From Epiperipatus broadwayi (Eukaryota; Animalia; Onychophora), in the NCBI GenBank assembly GCA_028023455.1, contig JAQFVV010000004.1:12524001-12588000 (forward strand): DNA of 64,000 bases, read 5' to 3'. Position numbers and translations under genes: made by a program. Shown here piece by piece: positions 25,785 through 36,261 of the stretch (within the stretch, counting starts at the first letter, position 1; each line of letters begins with the position of its first letter). The notes beneath the pieces are model-generated. The model was given only the letters and a program-made list of their open reading frames with translations. It searched no databases and was not told the DNA's origin.

Positions 25785-25937
25785 CCAGATTAGCTTTCCA
25801 TCATCAGATTTTCAATGGTATGGATGGCTGAAGGGGGGTTGGAGTGGATTGAAGCCTGTTCATTAAAGTATGAAGATTTGCTATCTTAATATAAATTGAG
25901 CACTTATTATATATGTGTGTGGGAGATGATAATCTGG

Positions 25938-25981
25938 ACCAACTGATGAGTGCTGGTTTTACATGAAATACATATATTGGT
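25938..25981 (+). ncRNA. Family-1 hammerhead, core intact, stem II weakened
   Basis: ACCAA CTGATGA GTGCT ggttt TACAT GAAA TACATA TA TTGGT. Confidence 0.75.
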
Positions 25982-28041
25982 GATTATTTATATTTTCTAC
26001 ATGTATATGGTCATGTGATCAGTAGTGTGAGACAGCCAATAAACATAACATGATAGTTATAGATAGTTTAAAGGGTTCTTGAAAGGCTGAGTTCAAATCC
26101 CCTATATTTACAATTAGCCTCCAGGTATGTGAAGAGTGCCTGTTTTTCGAATATTTTCATCAAGATTTTGTAAAAATGCCTAGACCTTATGACTAGATCT
26201 TGTAAAGTTTTGCTTCTCCAAGGTCTTTCTGTGTTTTTCTTTTCCAGTATCATATAATAACTTTTATAAGTATCCCAGAAATTTCTGGATTTTGGTAGAC
26301 AAAAATTGGCTGCAAAGAGAACTGCTAGTTTTATTCCAATCTGAAATGAATTGTTTTTGATATCTATGAAGGATGGATTCTCTGGAAGCTTTTATTAAAA
26401 GTTTGTTAAACATATCATAGCAAGAATAAATTGAAGAATTTCTATTATTCTCTTCACGATATTCAGTATAGTTGACCCCAATTACTTTTCCTTAAATTCT
26501 CTCTTGGAACAATATAGATTCCAAGAGTGACCAGACTTTCATTATTTTGCCTATGGAGAGAATGATCTAAGCAATTAATGGTTAATCATTTTTTGTCAAA
26601 ACAAACATAAAACAGAAATTGTATCTATATATATGGTCATGAAACATCATGACCGGATTAAAAATGTTAGTGATAATTATTTTTATCAAAACGTTATAAT
26701 AAATAAAAAAAAATCTGATTGTTTATTATCTTATAACCAGTTAAATTTTCTAAGGATATATATAAAACAAGCTTTATATTTCTATCATTTGCTTTTTGAT
26801 ATCAACATATACTGTCTTTTTTCTTCTTCATTTTCTATAAATAAAATCACAATTAAAATTCTAAAATTTAAAAATCATTTATATATGTAAACAAAATTTG
26901 ATGAAATTAAATGAAACAATATTAAATCTTCAAAATGAAATTAATTGAAGCAATATTAAATATTCAATGTTATGTAATATGTTTTGTGAAAAAAGCATTT
27001 GAAAGCTTTGAAGATTTAATATTATTTCAATTAATTTAATATTTGTAGCATTGCTGAATTGTTTATTATATCAAATACAATTTATGTATAATAATATAAA
27101 AAAGTAAAAGTTAATATTGTAAAATTTTATAAAATTAAATCCAGTTTTTGCTTTTATTGTATAATAAACATACTAACAGTTTCTAAGATTCATTTTACTC
27201 AATCTAGTCTCTTTAGTTAGATTAATCCCAATAAAAAATTTATAGGAAAAAAAATAAAAAATTTAAATTTAATAAAGTTCAAATATATCTACAATATCCT
27301 TAGAGAATACAGAGAATATTATCGGTTTAGTTCAACTTTATTCAATTTAAAATCTATACCCAAATTTAATGAAATTTATTAATTTCTAATGACCATTTAT
27401 ATCCTTATTTAAAAATGATTGTTGGAAAAAAAAACACAATAAGAATATGTACCATATATTAAATTTAACTAACAAATAACATCACATTTATATATATAAA
27501 GTAGATGAAAGCAAACTACCTTTACCATAAATAAACCAATTTAATGATCTGTCTGCTTAATAAAATCACACTTCATTTCCAGCACTGTCAATGAATGTTG
27601 GTTTATTTAAAAGTAAGTTCGGAATATGAGTGGCTGCCTATATTTTTAAAATGTTTACTGATGGGGAGTACTATTAATAGTGCATAAGTGAAAGATAGCT
27701 TGCATCTATTTAAATTACATGTACAATACATTTCTACAATGTACATTAGTAAGTATAAAATATATAGTATGGCATATCCAAAAACTGAAAAACTAGATAG
27801 ATTTTGGCCTAAATAAAAAAAAAATTGGTTAGTTGGAAATGCATCTTAGAAGTCCTAAAAAGTGGTTTTCTTTCCAATAATTAAATTTATAACTTAGAAG
27901 TGTAAAAAGAGACATCAAATAAGTTCTAAAATTATAATACTGTTGCACATATATAAATAAAAGAAAGGTTAAAAGTTATACAATATCATGTGCTACATAA
28001 GATTTTAAAAATATATTTCAACAATTTATCAGCATGGGATT

Positions 28042-28343
28042 TGAGCTTTCCATCATCAGATTTCAATGGTATGGATAGCTGAAGAGTTGGAGGTTGGAGT
28101 AGATTGAAGCCAGTCCATTAAAGTGTGAGGATTTGCTATCTTAATATAAAACTGAGCCCTGATTATATATGTGTGTGGCAGATGATAATCTGGACTAACT
28201 AATGAGTGCTAGTTCAGCACGAAATACGTATATTGGTGATTATTTATCTTTTCTACATGTGTGTGGTCATGTGTATCAGTGATATGAGATAGTGTGGATA
28301 GTTGAAGGGTGCTTAAAAGTCTGAGTTCAAATCCCCTATATTT
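28042..28343 (+). mobile_element. Family-1 HHR element, apparently a full-length monomer of about 300 bp
   Basis: Collinear with 25791-26110 from tgagctttccatcatcag to gagttcaaatcccctatattt. Confidence 0.88.
28194..28237 (+). ncRNA. Family-1 hammerhead with perfect helices and a G5-to-A core mutation
   Basis: ACTAA CTAATGA GTGCT agttc AGCAC GAAA TACGTA TA TTGGT. Confidence 0.8.
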
Positions 28344-29159
28344 ATCGTCCATATATAAAATTAAATGGTGTTTATTAAATGTCTAACCTAATAACATATA
28401 ATTAATATAATAATAATTTGTGTATTTATTAAAAAGTGTTATAAATAAGCACTTATAAAGTAAATCTGTATACTATATATAACAATCGAAATATATACAT
28501 ATTAAGCAACTTAGATTATAAGATCTGATATAAAACTGGTATGCAAACAGATGCTAATAAATGTCATATTTTACAATCTGTAAAAAATTAAACATTTATT
28601 AAATGTCCAATAATCCAATCAGTTTTTAAAAGACAATTTTGATGTACAATTATAATAGTGTTTACATGTTTATTATAATTGTAAATCTAATATTTTTAAA
28701 TCAACGCATCATTTTATATGACTATACTCTTTCTTTGATGGAGGAATGTTTTTAAAACAAATTATACACAAAAAATATTTTAGAGAATTAATCATTCAAA
28801 AATTAATTACAACTAGATTATAATATTTCAATAACTATGCTTGCACAATATTTTTTATAGTCCAATCACAAAGTGTAATTCTATATAGGTCATCAGAATA
28901 CACAATGTAAATATATATGCAAAATGCCTCTTACAGCAATAGTAGCCCACCTAAATGTTGTCTATGACTTGAATTAAATACAGCATGAGTAAACTTGAAA
29001 AATATACAACCAGCTCGGTTTATTTGACTGCAAACCAATCAATGCATCACCACTGACCAATTGAAGAGCCTGATAAATATAGCTTTCTCCACCACTGTTT
29101 CAATGTGAAAAAATATCATAAAACATCTATCTAACAATCAGGTATTTAAAGGTCAAGCA

Positions 29160-29262
29160 TTGTTAGCCGAGAGGCCATCGCAGCCACCTTGCAAGCAAGT
29201 TGTTTGCAGATGGTTGTGAGTTCGCTTCCCGGCAGATGCTATGACATATGAAAAAAAAATTG
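29160..29262 (+). mobile_element. Short tRNA-derived SINE-like element with an A-rich tail
   Basis: TAGCCGAGAGG A-box like, GAGTTCGCTTCC B-box like; homologous to 55845-55950. Confidence 0.65.
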
Positions 29263-29499
29263 ATTTATCTTTTTGTCTAATATATTGCAATGGAATATGG
29301 ATATGAGGCACCTAAAATATTTTCACATATTATAGCACTGTTTTATGTAAAAAAATAAATAGGAATCAGCTGTTGATGATTATACTCACACTGAACATTC
29401 ACTTTAGGCAATGGAATACACTTATTGAAATGACCATATCATGATATATATATAATACAAATAAAATGTCCGTTAATTAAAAAACTATTCTAATCACAA

Positions 29500-30570
29500 T
29501 ATAAATAATAAATATAATGGTTATAAACTATTATAGACAGTCTTTCAATCCGCAGAAGTACTTTCGATTAATTCCTTAATGCCTCAATTGCCATTAAATT
29601 CAAAAAGCAAAATGGACGCAAATGTCATCAATTCAAATCTCATGAATCCCAAATTTTAATGTTAGCAACCTGTTTATTAATTTTATTTATTGTATTCCTA
29701 TTCATTAAAATTGCCGCCTTAATTTTTCTTTTATTATGATATCTCTTTTCATGAAGAATCTTAATACTTTCAATATCAAGCTTAAATTTATATTTACACG
29801 TCCTTTCATGATCCAAGAAAACTGAAGCAGTCATTAAATCACTATTATTTTTACTTTTCACGTGCTTATATACCAATTCATGCTCCTTTAATCTTTTTCC
29901 AGTAATGCATCTCAATTACATACATCCATAAAAAATTTGATACACAACATTACTTTTCTGCTTGATGAGTATGACATTTTTAGAATTATTCACTAATTTA
30001 TTAACATTATTTGTAACACAAAATGAAACATTAAACACTTTCTTATATATATATATCCTTAAAAAAATTCTACTTGAACATTTGAAATAAATGGAATAAA
30101 TATCAATTTTTTACTATCAATCTTCAATTCCTTTAAATGATTATAACTCTTTTTAAATTGACATAAAGTATTATTAATCTGTTCCATCTGATAACCAACT
30201 TCAAGCAATTTCTTGGCAAATATCTCAATATTTTTTAAATTATTACACAGGTAATGACATAATTTTTCATTACAAAACAAAAAAGATCTCAAATTTGCCA
30301 TCTTATGCATAATTGGTACTTTTGATTTACAATTTATATATTCCCTCTGCTGCAATGGTTTGATTATTAATTTATAAGTTAACATACTATAATCTCTTGG
30401 AATAATTAAATCCAAATACTTAATACTTTTGTTCTGTTCCTTTTCAATAGTGCATTTCAAGCCATTCAAATTATTTAACTTTATGAGCAAATTTATAGTA
30501 TTGGTATTTCTACAAACAAAAACATTATCCACATACTTTTTGAAAATTTTCATGTCTTTAAAAAAACATA
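29500..30570 (-). mobile_element. PLE2 arm A: 5'-truncated Penelope-like element (from the YVDD region through GIY-YIG and 3' UTR)
   Basis: ORFs 30059-30553 (KKYVDNVF, IKYLDLII, KSKVPIMHK, EVGY) and 29640-29915 (RCITGKRLKEH, KRKIKAAILMN); reverse-complement homolog of 32055-33200. Confidence 0.88.
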
Positions 30571-30572
30571 TA

Positions 30573-31697
30573 CACCTGGGTCTCTTTTTATGTGGACTTA
30601 TTTAACACAATTTTGAAGTTACACGATTCATGTTTCACCGGAAGTCAAACTCCGATAATGTGCTATTACTTTAAATAATAAATTTCGCACACTTACATTA
30701 TATTGAAAGTAATAGCACATTATTGGAATTCGACTTTCATCTTAGTAATTTCAATATTTTCAGTGCTTTATAATAGTAAGATTTTATGCAATAATGAAAT
30801 TAAAATCATGATTTCCACATTTTATGTATACACACGTTAAATTTTACAAGATTATAATGTAAATTTGTTCAAAAATTATGCGCGTTAATTTTGCATTTTA
30901 AATCACATTCTGTTTTTGCTTTTTAAAAAAGAATGTAATCAATTATTAATCATTTAGTGTCCACAAGTTTATTTTTTAAAGGTGAGTAATAGCAGTGGGC
31001 ACAATTAAATTTGACAATTAAAAATTAAAATCTGATTTTTAATTGTAATTAACAATTTAAAAATTACTTACGGTGACTTGAAATTAATGTGATGTAAAAC
31101 GAAATTTGATTTTTAAACGGAATTGAAAATTAAAAAATTAAAGTCAAAAATAAGAATTTAATTTTTAGTTGTTAGTTTTAATTAAATTTTTCCCAGCAGT
31201 GGTGAATAAATGTCTTTTTATTACCATAAGTCTAAGTTCATAAACAATTAATAAAATCATCATCTCAAAGATTAATTACTAATTACGTTGTCAACAGAAA
31301 ACCATTAACACAACATGAGAGTGCATACGAACGTGTTTTTGCAAATAGCGATAATAATTAAAATGTGTATTAAAAAATGTAAATTACTGTACTGTAAATT
31401 ATGCATAAAAATATATTATTTTGAATAAAATTAAATATTATAGTTAAAAAACGTTCGTCTTGTATCAATTTTTTTCAAATTTGAAATTTTTTATTAGTCA
31501 TATTTTATTTATTTATTTTTTTTTTTTGCGTGAATTTTAAAGTAATTTTATGTTGGGGCTTTGCTTTTATGTGAATTTTGAAAAATCACAGACCGCATCC
31601 CCCCCTTTTTCAATGTAAGTTACATCTATTTTTGCGTGATTTCGTTTGCACATGTTTTCTGAGGAACCTATCTATCGCGTAAAACAAGACCCAGGTG
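30573..31697. mobile_element. Non-autonomous pogo/Tigger-like DNA transposon (MITE) with a TA TSD
   Basis: TA|CACCTGGGTCT (30571-30583) and AGACCCAGGTG|TA (31687-31699); TIRs continue as TTTTATGTG versus TTTTACGCG; internal 29-bp inverted repeat at about 30645-30735. Confidence 0.88.
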
Positions 31698-31699
31698 TA

Positions 31700-33200
31700 T
31701 TTAAAATACTACTCTCATATATAGACGAAACAAAATTTCAAACTTGTGCAACAACAGGCAGACTTATAGGCCACCTTTAGACATTTTATAATATCAATCT
31801 AAAAAAAAGCAACAGTGTTATCATCAAAAAATTTTAAAGAATCAATAATAAAATTTATCACACATGCATTAAAAATTAAATTTGTAAATATATGATAAAA
31901 TTTATTATTGATTCTGTAAAACTTTTTGATGATGACATTGTTGCTTCTTTTGAAGGCAAATATTATAAAATGTCTAAAGGTTAGCCTATGGGTGTGATTG
32001 GTGTTGCAAAAATTTGCAATTTTGTTTTGCCTACATATAAAAGTAGTATTTTAAATATGTGTTCTTTTAAAGATATTAAAATTTTGAAAAGATGATGTCA
32101 TTGTTTGTTGGTAGAGTTAAATAATTTGAATGGCTTGAAATGAACTATTGAAAAGGAACAGGAAAAAAGTATTACATATTTGGATTAATTTATTACAAGA
32201 GATTATAGTATATCAAGTTATAAATTAATAATCAAACTGTTGCAAAAAAGGAGATATATAAATTGTAAATCCAAAGTACCAATTATGCATAAGATGGCAA
32301 GTTTTAGATCTTTTTTTGTTTTGTAATGAAAAATTATGTTGTTACCAGTGTGATAAATTTAAAAAAAATTTAGATATTTGCCAAGGAATTGCTTGAAGTT
32401 GGTTATAAGATAGAACAGATTAGCAATACTCTATGTCAATTTAAAAAGAGTTATAATCATTTAATGAAATTGAAGATCTATTCCATTTATTTCAAATGGT
32501 CAACTGGAATCCTTAAGGTTATATATAAAAATGTGTTTAATGTTTCATTTTGTATTACAAATAATGTTAATAAATTAAGGAATAATTCAAAAAATGTCAT
32601 ACTTGTAAAGCAAAAAAGTAATGTTGTGTATCAATTTTTTTGTGGATGTATGTTATCATACATAGGTGAATCGAGGTGCATTATTAAAAAAAAAATTAAA
32701 GGAGCCTGAATTGTTATATAAGTGAATGAAAAGTAATAATAATAGTGATTTAATGACTGCTTCAATTTTCCTATCTTTTCTTCCAAAGCCTAAGCTTGTG
32801 GTTAAGACCTGTAGAGGTTGCTATCTTTGCATTTTCATGAGCATATTCTTGAGGTTTACAGTCTTAGTAAATATTTCTTGGATCATGAAAAGACAAGTAA
32901 ATATAAATTTAAGTTTGATATTGAAAGTATTAAGATTTTTCATGAAGAGAGAAACAATAATAAAAGAAAAATTAAGAAAGCAATTTTAATAAATAGAAAT
33001 ACAATAAATATAATTAATAAACAAGCTGCTAACATTAAAAATCAGGATTCATGTGATTTGAATTGATGATGCCTGCTTCTGTTTTGCTTTTTGAATTTAA
33101 CGGCAATTGAGGCAGGTTAAGGAATTAACTGAAAGTACTTCTGTGAATTGAAAAACTGTGTGCAATAATTTATTACCATTTACATTTATTATTTTTATTA
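31700..33200 (+). mobile_element. PLE2 arm B: 5'-truncated Penelope-like element (RT motif B through GIY-YIG and 3' UTR)
   Basis: FEGKYYKMSKG*PMG (about 31950-31992); GIY-YIG NVVYQFFCGCMLSYIGESR (ORF 32389-32709); terminal ORF 32818-33066. Confidence 0.9.
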
Positions 33201-33202
33201 TT

Positions 33203-33875
33203 ATATATTGTACCACCAATAAATGTATAGGTTTAGGAACACATATATTCTGCAGTTACATATGAAATCATTTAGTAATAAATAATCAAATTGATGCAAA
33301 AGAAATGATTAAGTTTTAATAAAAGTGAAATATAAATTATAATATGTATTAAAGAGGTTTTTTTTTTTGAAACGCAAACTTGCAAAAGTAAAGTGTTGCA
33401 TCATCTTGTTGTTAAAAAAATAAAAGAAAGTTTAGTAATAAAGACTGAGTAGTAAGGGGGTGAATTAATTTTAAGTAAATTTAAAACTAGCTCTTCCTTT
33501 TTATAAATTTAAATTTAAAAAAAAATGTAAAAATGAAACTAAACTAAAAATACAATTTGTAAAAAGAAAACTTTTAAATTTGGAATTCATTTAGTTTACT
33601 TGGCTTATAAAAAAAGAAATAATAACTCCCATTTGTACTAATTAAAGAAACAAAGGAAAAGGCTATAGACATTATGTTATTGAGAATTAGATTAATCTAA
33701 ACAAGAAATTAGATTAGAACAGAATACAAAATTAATTAAGGAAATATAAAATTAATTAAAACTAGATCAAAGAATGATAAATAGAAACAATGAGGAAGAA
33801 GCATATAAAAGGAATGAGTGATTCATTCACTCATTCAATATTATTCAATAGCCATTATCATTATTATTGCCAGAT
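33203..33875 (+). repeat. Left arm of an approximately 670-bp inverted repeat
   Basis: Reverse-complement match to 35496-36578, e.g. aaagtaaagtgttgcatca and atagaaacaatgagg. Confidence 0.88.
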
Positions 33876-35149
33876 ACAGCAAAATTATCATTCTACATTG
33901 TTGTCTTATAAAACATTTAAAGAGAAGGCATCAAAAAGCCATCAATGTTTCCAACATGAGGGTGCATTTAACTATACTTAGTGAAAAGCAACCTAGCAGC
34001 ATGAAGTGCTAAACAACAACCGAAGTGTGGCTATCTTTCAATCCCAGTCCTTAGTACCATCAGATGCTTTCCACCTGGAACTCATGCCTTCCTTGTGATC
34101 TGTGACCTGTGGAAAATCTCCTTCTTCTTCACTGAAAAGTGGAAAAATCAGTAAGAAGCCAAACCATTGAGGAAAAAGAAAAGGCCAACCAGTTGGTAAT
34201 TGACAAGTCATGAAACAAACAAGGAATGGTATCCATGAAAGTGTGTTGTGCTATCAAAAAATCCTAGGTAAATATAATCCTTATTATCCATTCTAAAGAT
34301 TTGAATATTTATGTGAATGAAAGACTTTAATGAACTTTAATAACTATAGCCACAGTAATCTTTAATATTGCTTTCATAAATTCTTATTATATTGTATTAT
34401 AAATTTGTGGGCCTATACTAAAAATTTTATTATAATGTGTTTTAATTATGAGTGTGTGTAAATAAAATATTTGTTTGCTTAATTATTGTCTGATCAATTC
34501 TCTTTCTTATAACTGCATCACTAATAGGTTAAGTTATGGTTAATTAGAAGTATTGGGAAAGTGTGTTAAAGTATGTTAAAAGATTTCCTCTCACAATTGA
34601 AAACAGGAGCTAGCTTGGGGATATGTCAAGTGCTAGAGTATATACCTGTCATCTGAGCATGCTGACTATATATCCTGCAGTTAGCAGGTGCCTGAGGTTA
34701 AGCCTAAAACCAAAAACTGCTTTGGATGGCAGGGGTTTGAATCTAGCAACTAAGAAGTGCGATAACCTGTAAAGGTGATCATGGGTTATACTTTGTATAG
34801 CCTTGATCTGGTTATAGGTATCATTGGTGTTTCATATACCAATGGTATTGTACTTCTCTGCTTCTAAGGCCTGGTCTGCTGCAATAGTGAAAGAGCAGCC
34901 AAAGTTAAAATCGAGATCTAAAGAGTCAGAACAATTTTCTCCTACCCAGTCCAAATGGCTTTCCAATATGGGTGCCAAATAGCCACAAATTACCAGAACA
35001 ATTATAAACAGAATTGAAATCAAAATTAAAAAGGTTGAAATTAAAGTGTTAAATAAACACTAAATTCTATTGTTATAAATGTGAAATCGGTGAGCATTAT
35101 AAGAAGAGAATAGACCAAAGCAAACAAAGTATAATGTTAAGTAGAAAAT

Positions 35150-35480
35150 GTAAATAAAAAGGAAAAAGTGTAGAGAGATAAATATTTTATACAGATTAGG
35201 GATTGATGGTAAGGTGGAGCTCAGAAAGGACTAAGGGGATGGAGGTGGTTGTATCTTTATTCAAGTAAAATATTTAAAATAAAAATAACTAAAATAAAAA
35301 TGTATGTTATAAAGAAAATTAATAATCTGTGGTAGAGCTAAAGCAAAAATGGTGATGCAAAATAGTTTAAAAGTAATGATGGAAAAGCTGAGAAAAGAAA
35401 AGCATGGTGAGGGTTGGAAATGAGGATAATACAATGAGAGGAAAATGAGGTAACAGATAGCATAAAAACAAATACAAATA
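35150..35480 (+). mobile_element. Degraded LINE APE-endonuclease fragment
   Basis: RKD*GDGGGCIFI and IICG remnants resembling the RKDR..GGGV and I.GDFNA motifs. Confidence 0.35.
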
Positions 35481-35859
35481 AGGTAGTAAAGAGAGTCTGA
35501 CAATAATAATGATAATGGCTATTAAATAATATTGAATGAATGAATGAATTGCTCATTCCTTTTATATGATTTTGCCTCATTGTTTCTATTTATCATCCTT
35601 CAATCTAGTTTAATTAATTTTATATTTCCTTAATTAATTTTGTATTCTGTTTTAATCTAATTTCTTTCTTAGGTTAATCTAATGTTCAATAAGTTAATGT
35701 CCATAGTCTTTCCTTTGATTTTTTGATTAATACAAATGGGAGTTATTATTTCTTTTTTTTTTATCAGCCAAGTAATCTTTAAATGAATTGCAAATTTAAA
35801 AGTTTTCCTTTTACAAATTATATTTTTAATTAAGTTTCATTTTTACATTTTTTACTTTA

Positions 35860-36261
35860 CATATTAGTAAGTGCAAGCTATATATAAGTCATGTGACTTC
35901 TGACTTGTTACTATTACTATTATTATTTTGCTGTTGTGGCTTTAGCTAAATTAAAGAGCTAAGCCTACTAATATATGGAGTATCTGAATTAAGTTCAGGC
36001 CCATATGATTTTTTTTTTTTTCAGTTGGAGAGCTGACTTTAAAGACATGTAGATGTCTAAAAGTTTCAGATCTTCTTCTAACAATTATCTTTTAGATAAA
36101 TGCTTTGCTTGAGTTGGTTTTTTAGATCCAATGTCCCAACTCCTCACTGAAGAGACCCATAGGTCGAAACCGGTCTGGGGATGGGGACCATGATTTGAAT
36201 GCCTTCTCTTGTAGTAGCATTTATCATAAATAAAAAAAAAAAGCTTGTTTAGAGCTATTAG
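35860..36261 (+). mobile_element. Family-2 HHR-bearing non-coding insertion of about 400 bp
   Basis: Absent from the left arm of the inverted repeat; possible 6-bp TSD ACTTTA (35854-35859, 36262-36267); homologous to 21855-22133. Confidence 0.82.
36133..36188 (+). ncRNA. Intact minimal type I hammerhead ribozyme
   Basis: GTCCC aac TCCTCA CTGAAGA GACC cata GGTC GAAA CCGG TC TGGGGA tg GGGAC: full core, extended stem I with an internal loop, palindromic ACCGGT stem III, GUC cleavage after 36175. Confidence 0.93.

Larger units (their letters stand above)
25634..26156. mobile_element. Family-1 head-to-head composite: truncated minus copy (25633-25790) plus full plus-strand copy (25791-26110) plus 46 extra bp, with a 13-bp TSD
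   Basis: TCATCAAGATTTT at 25621-25633 and 26157-26169; the left arm is the reverse complement of about 25929-26110. Confidence 0.85.
23600..26570 (-). mobile_element. Decayed Ingi/Vingi-like (I-group) LINE, interrupted by SINE-like and HHR elements
   Basis: Manual translations: PRENLRKSNW, RERHFYKIL-like and VTANQVA segments, DPKNY.ISLL.VPYKLFEK, FR.EKSCCDHVL, FTCTDNS (YADD equivalent), FFHLNIKELA, DNLLGKL, YW.KCSY..LDTHLNITMRNIT, C-terminal FHNWKL..CKCGQTQ. Confidence 0.8.

Noticed and set aside
29630-29650. TGA in PLE2 arm A aligned with TGT (Cys) in arm B, suggesting selenocysteine as in some Naiad PLEs
   Set aside because: A single substitution in a copy with many other stops; no convincing SECIS; the endonuclease is C-terminal, unlike Naiads.
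34832-35023. 63-aa ORF in a GC-richer segment as a possible host exon
   Set aside because: No recognisable domain or convincing splice context; it lies among repeats.
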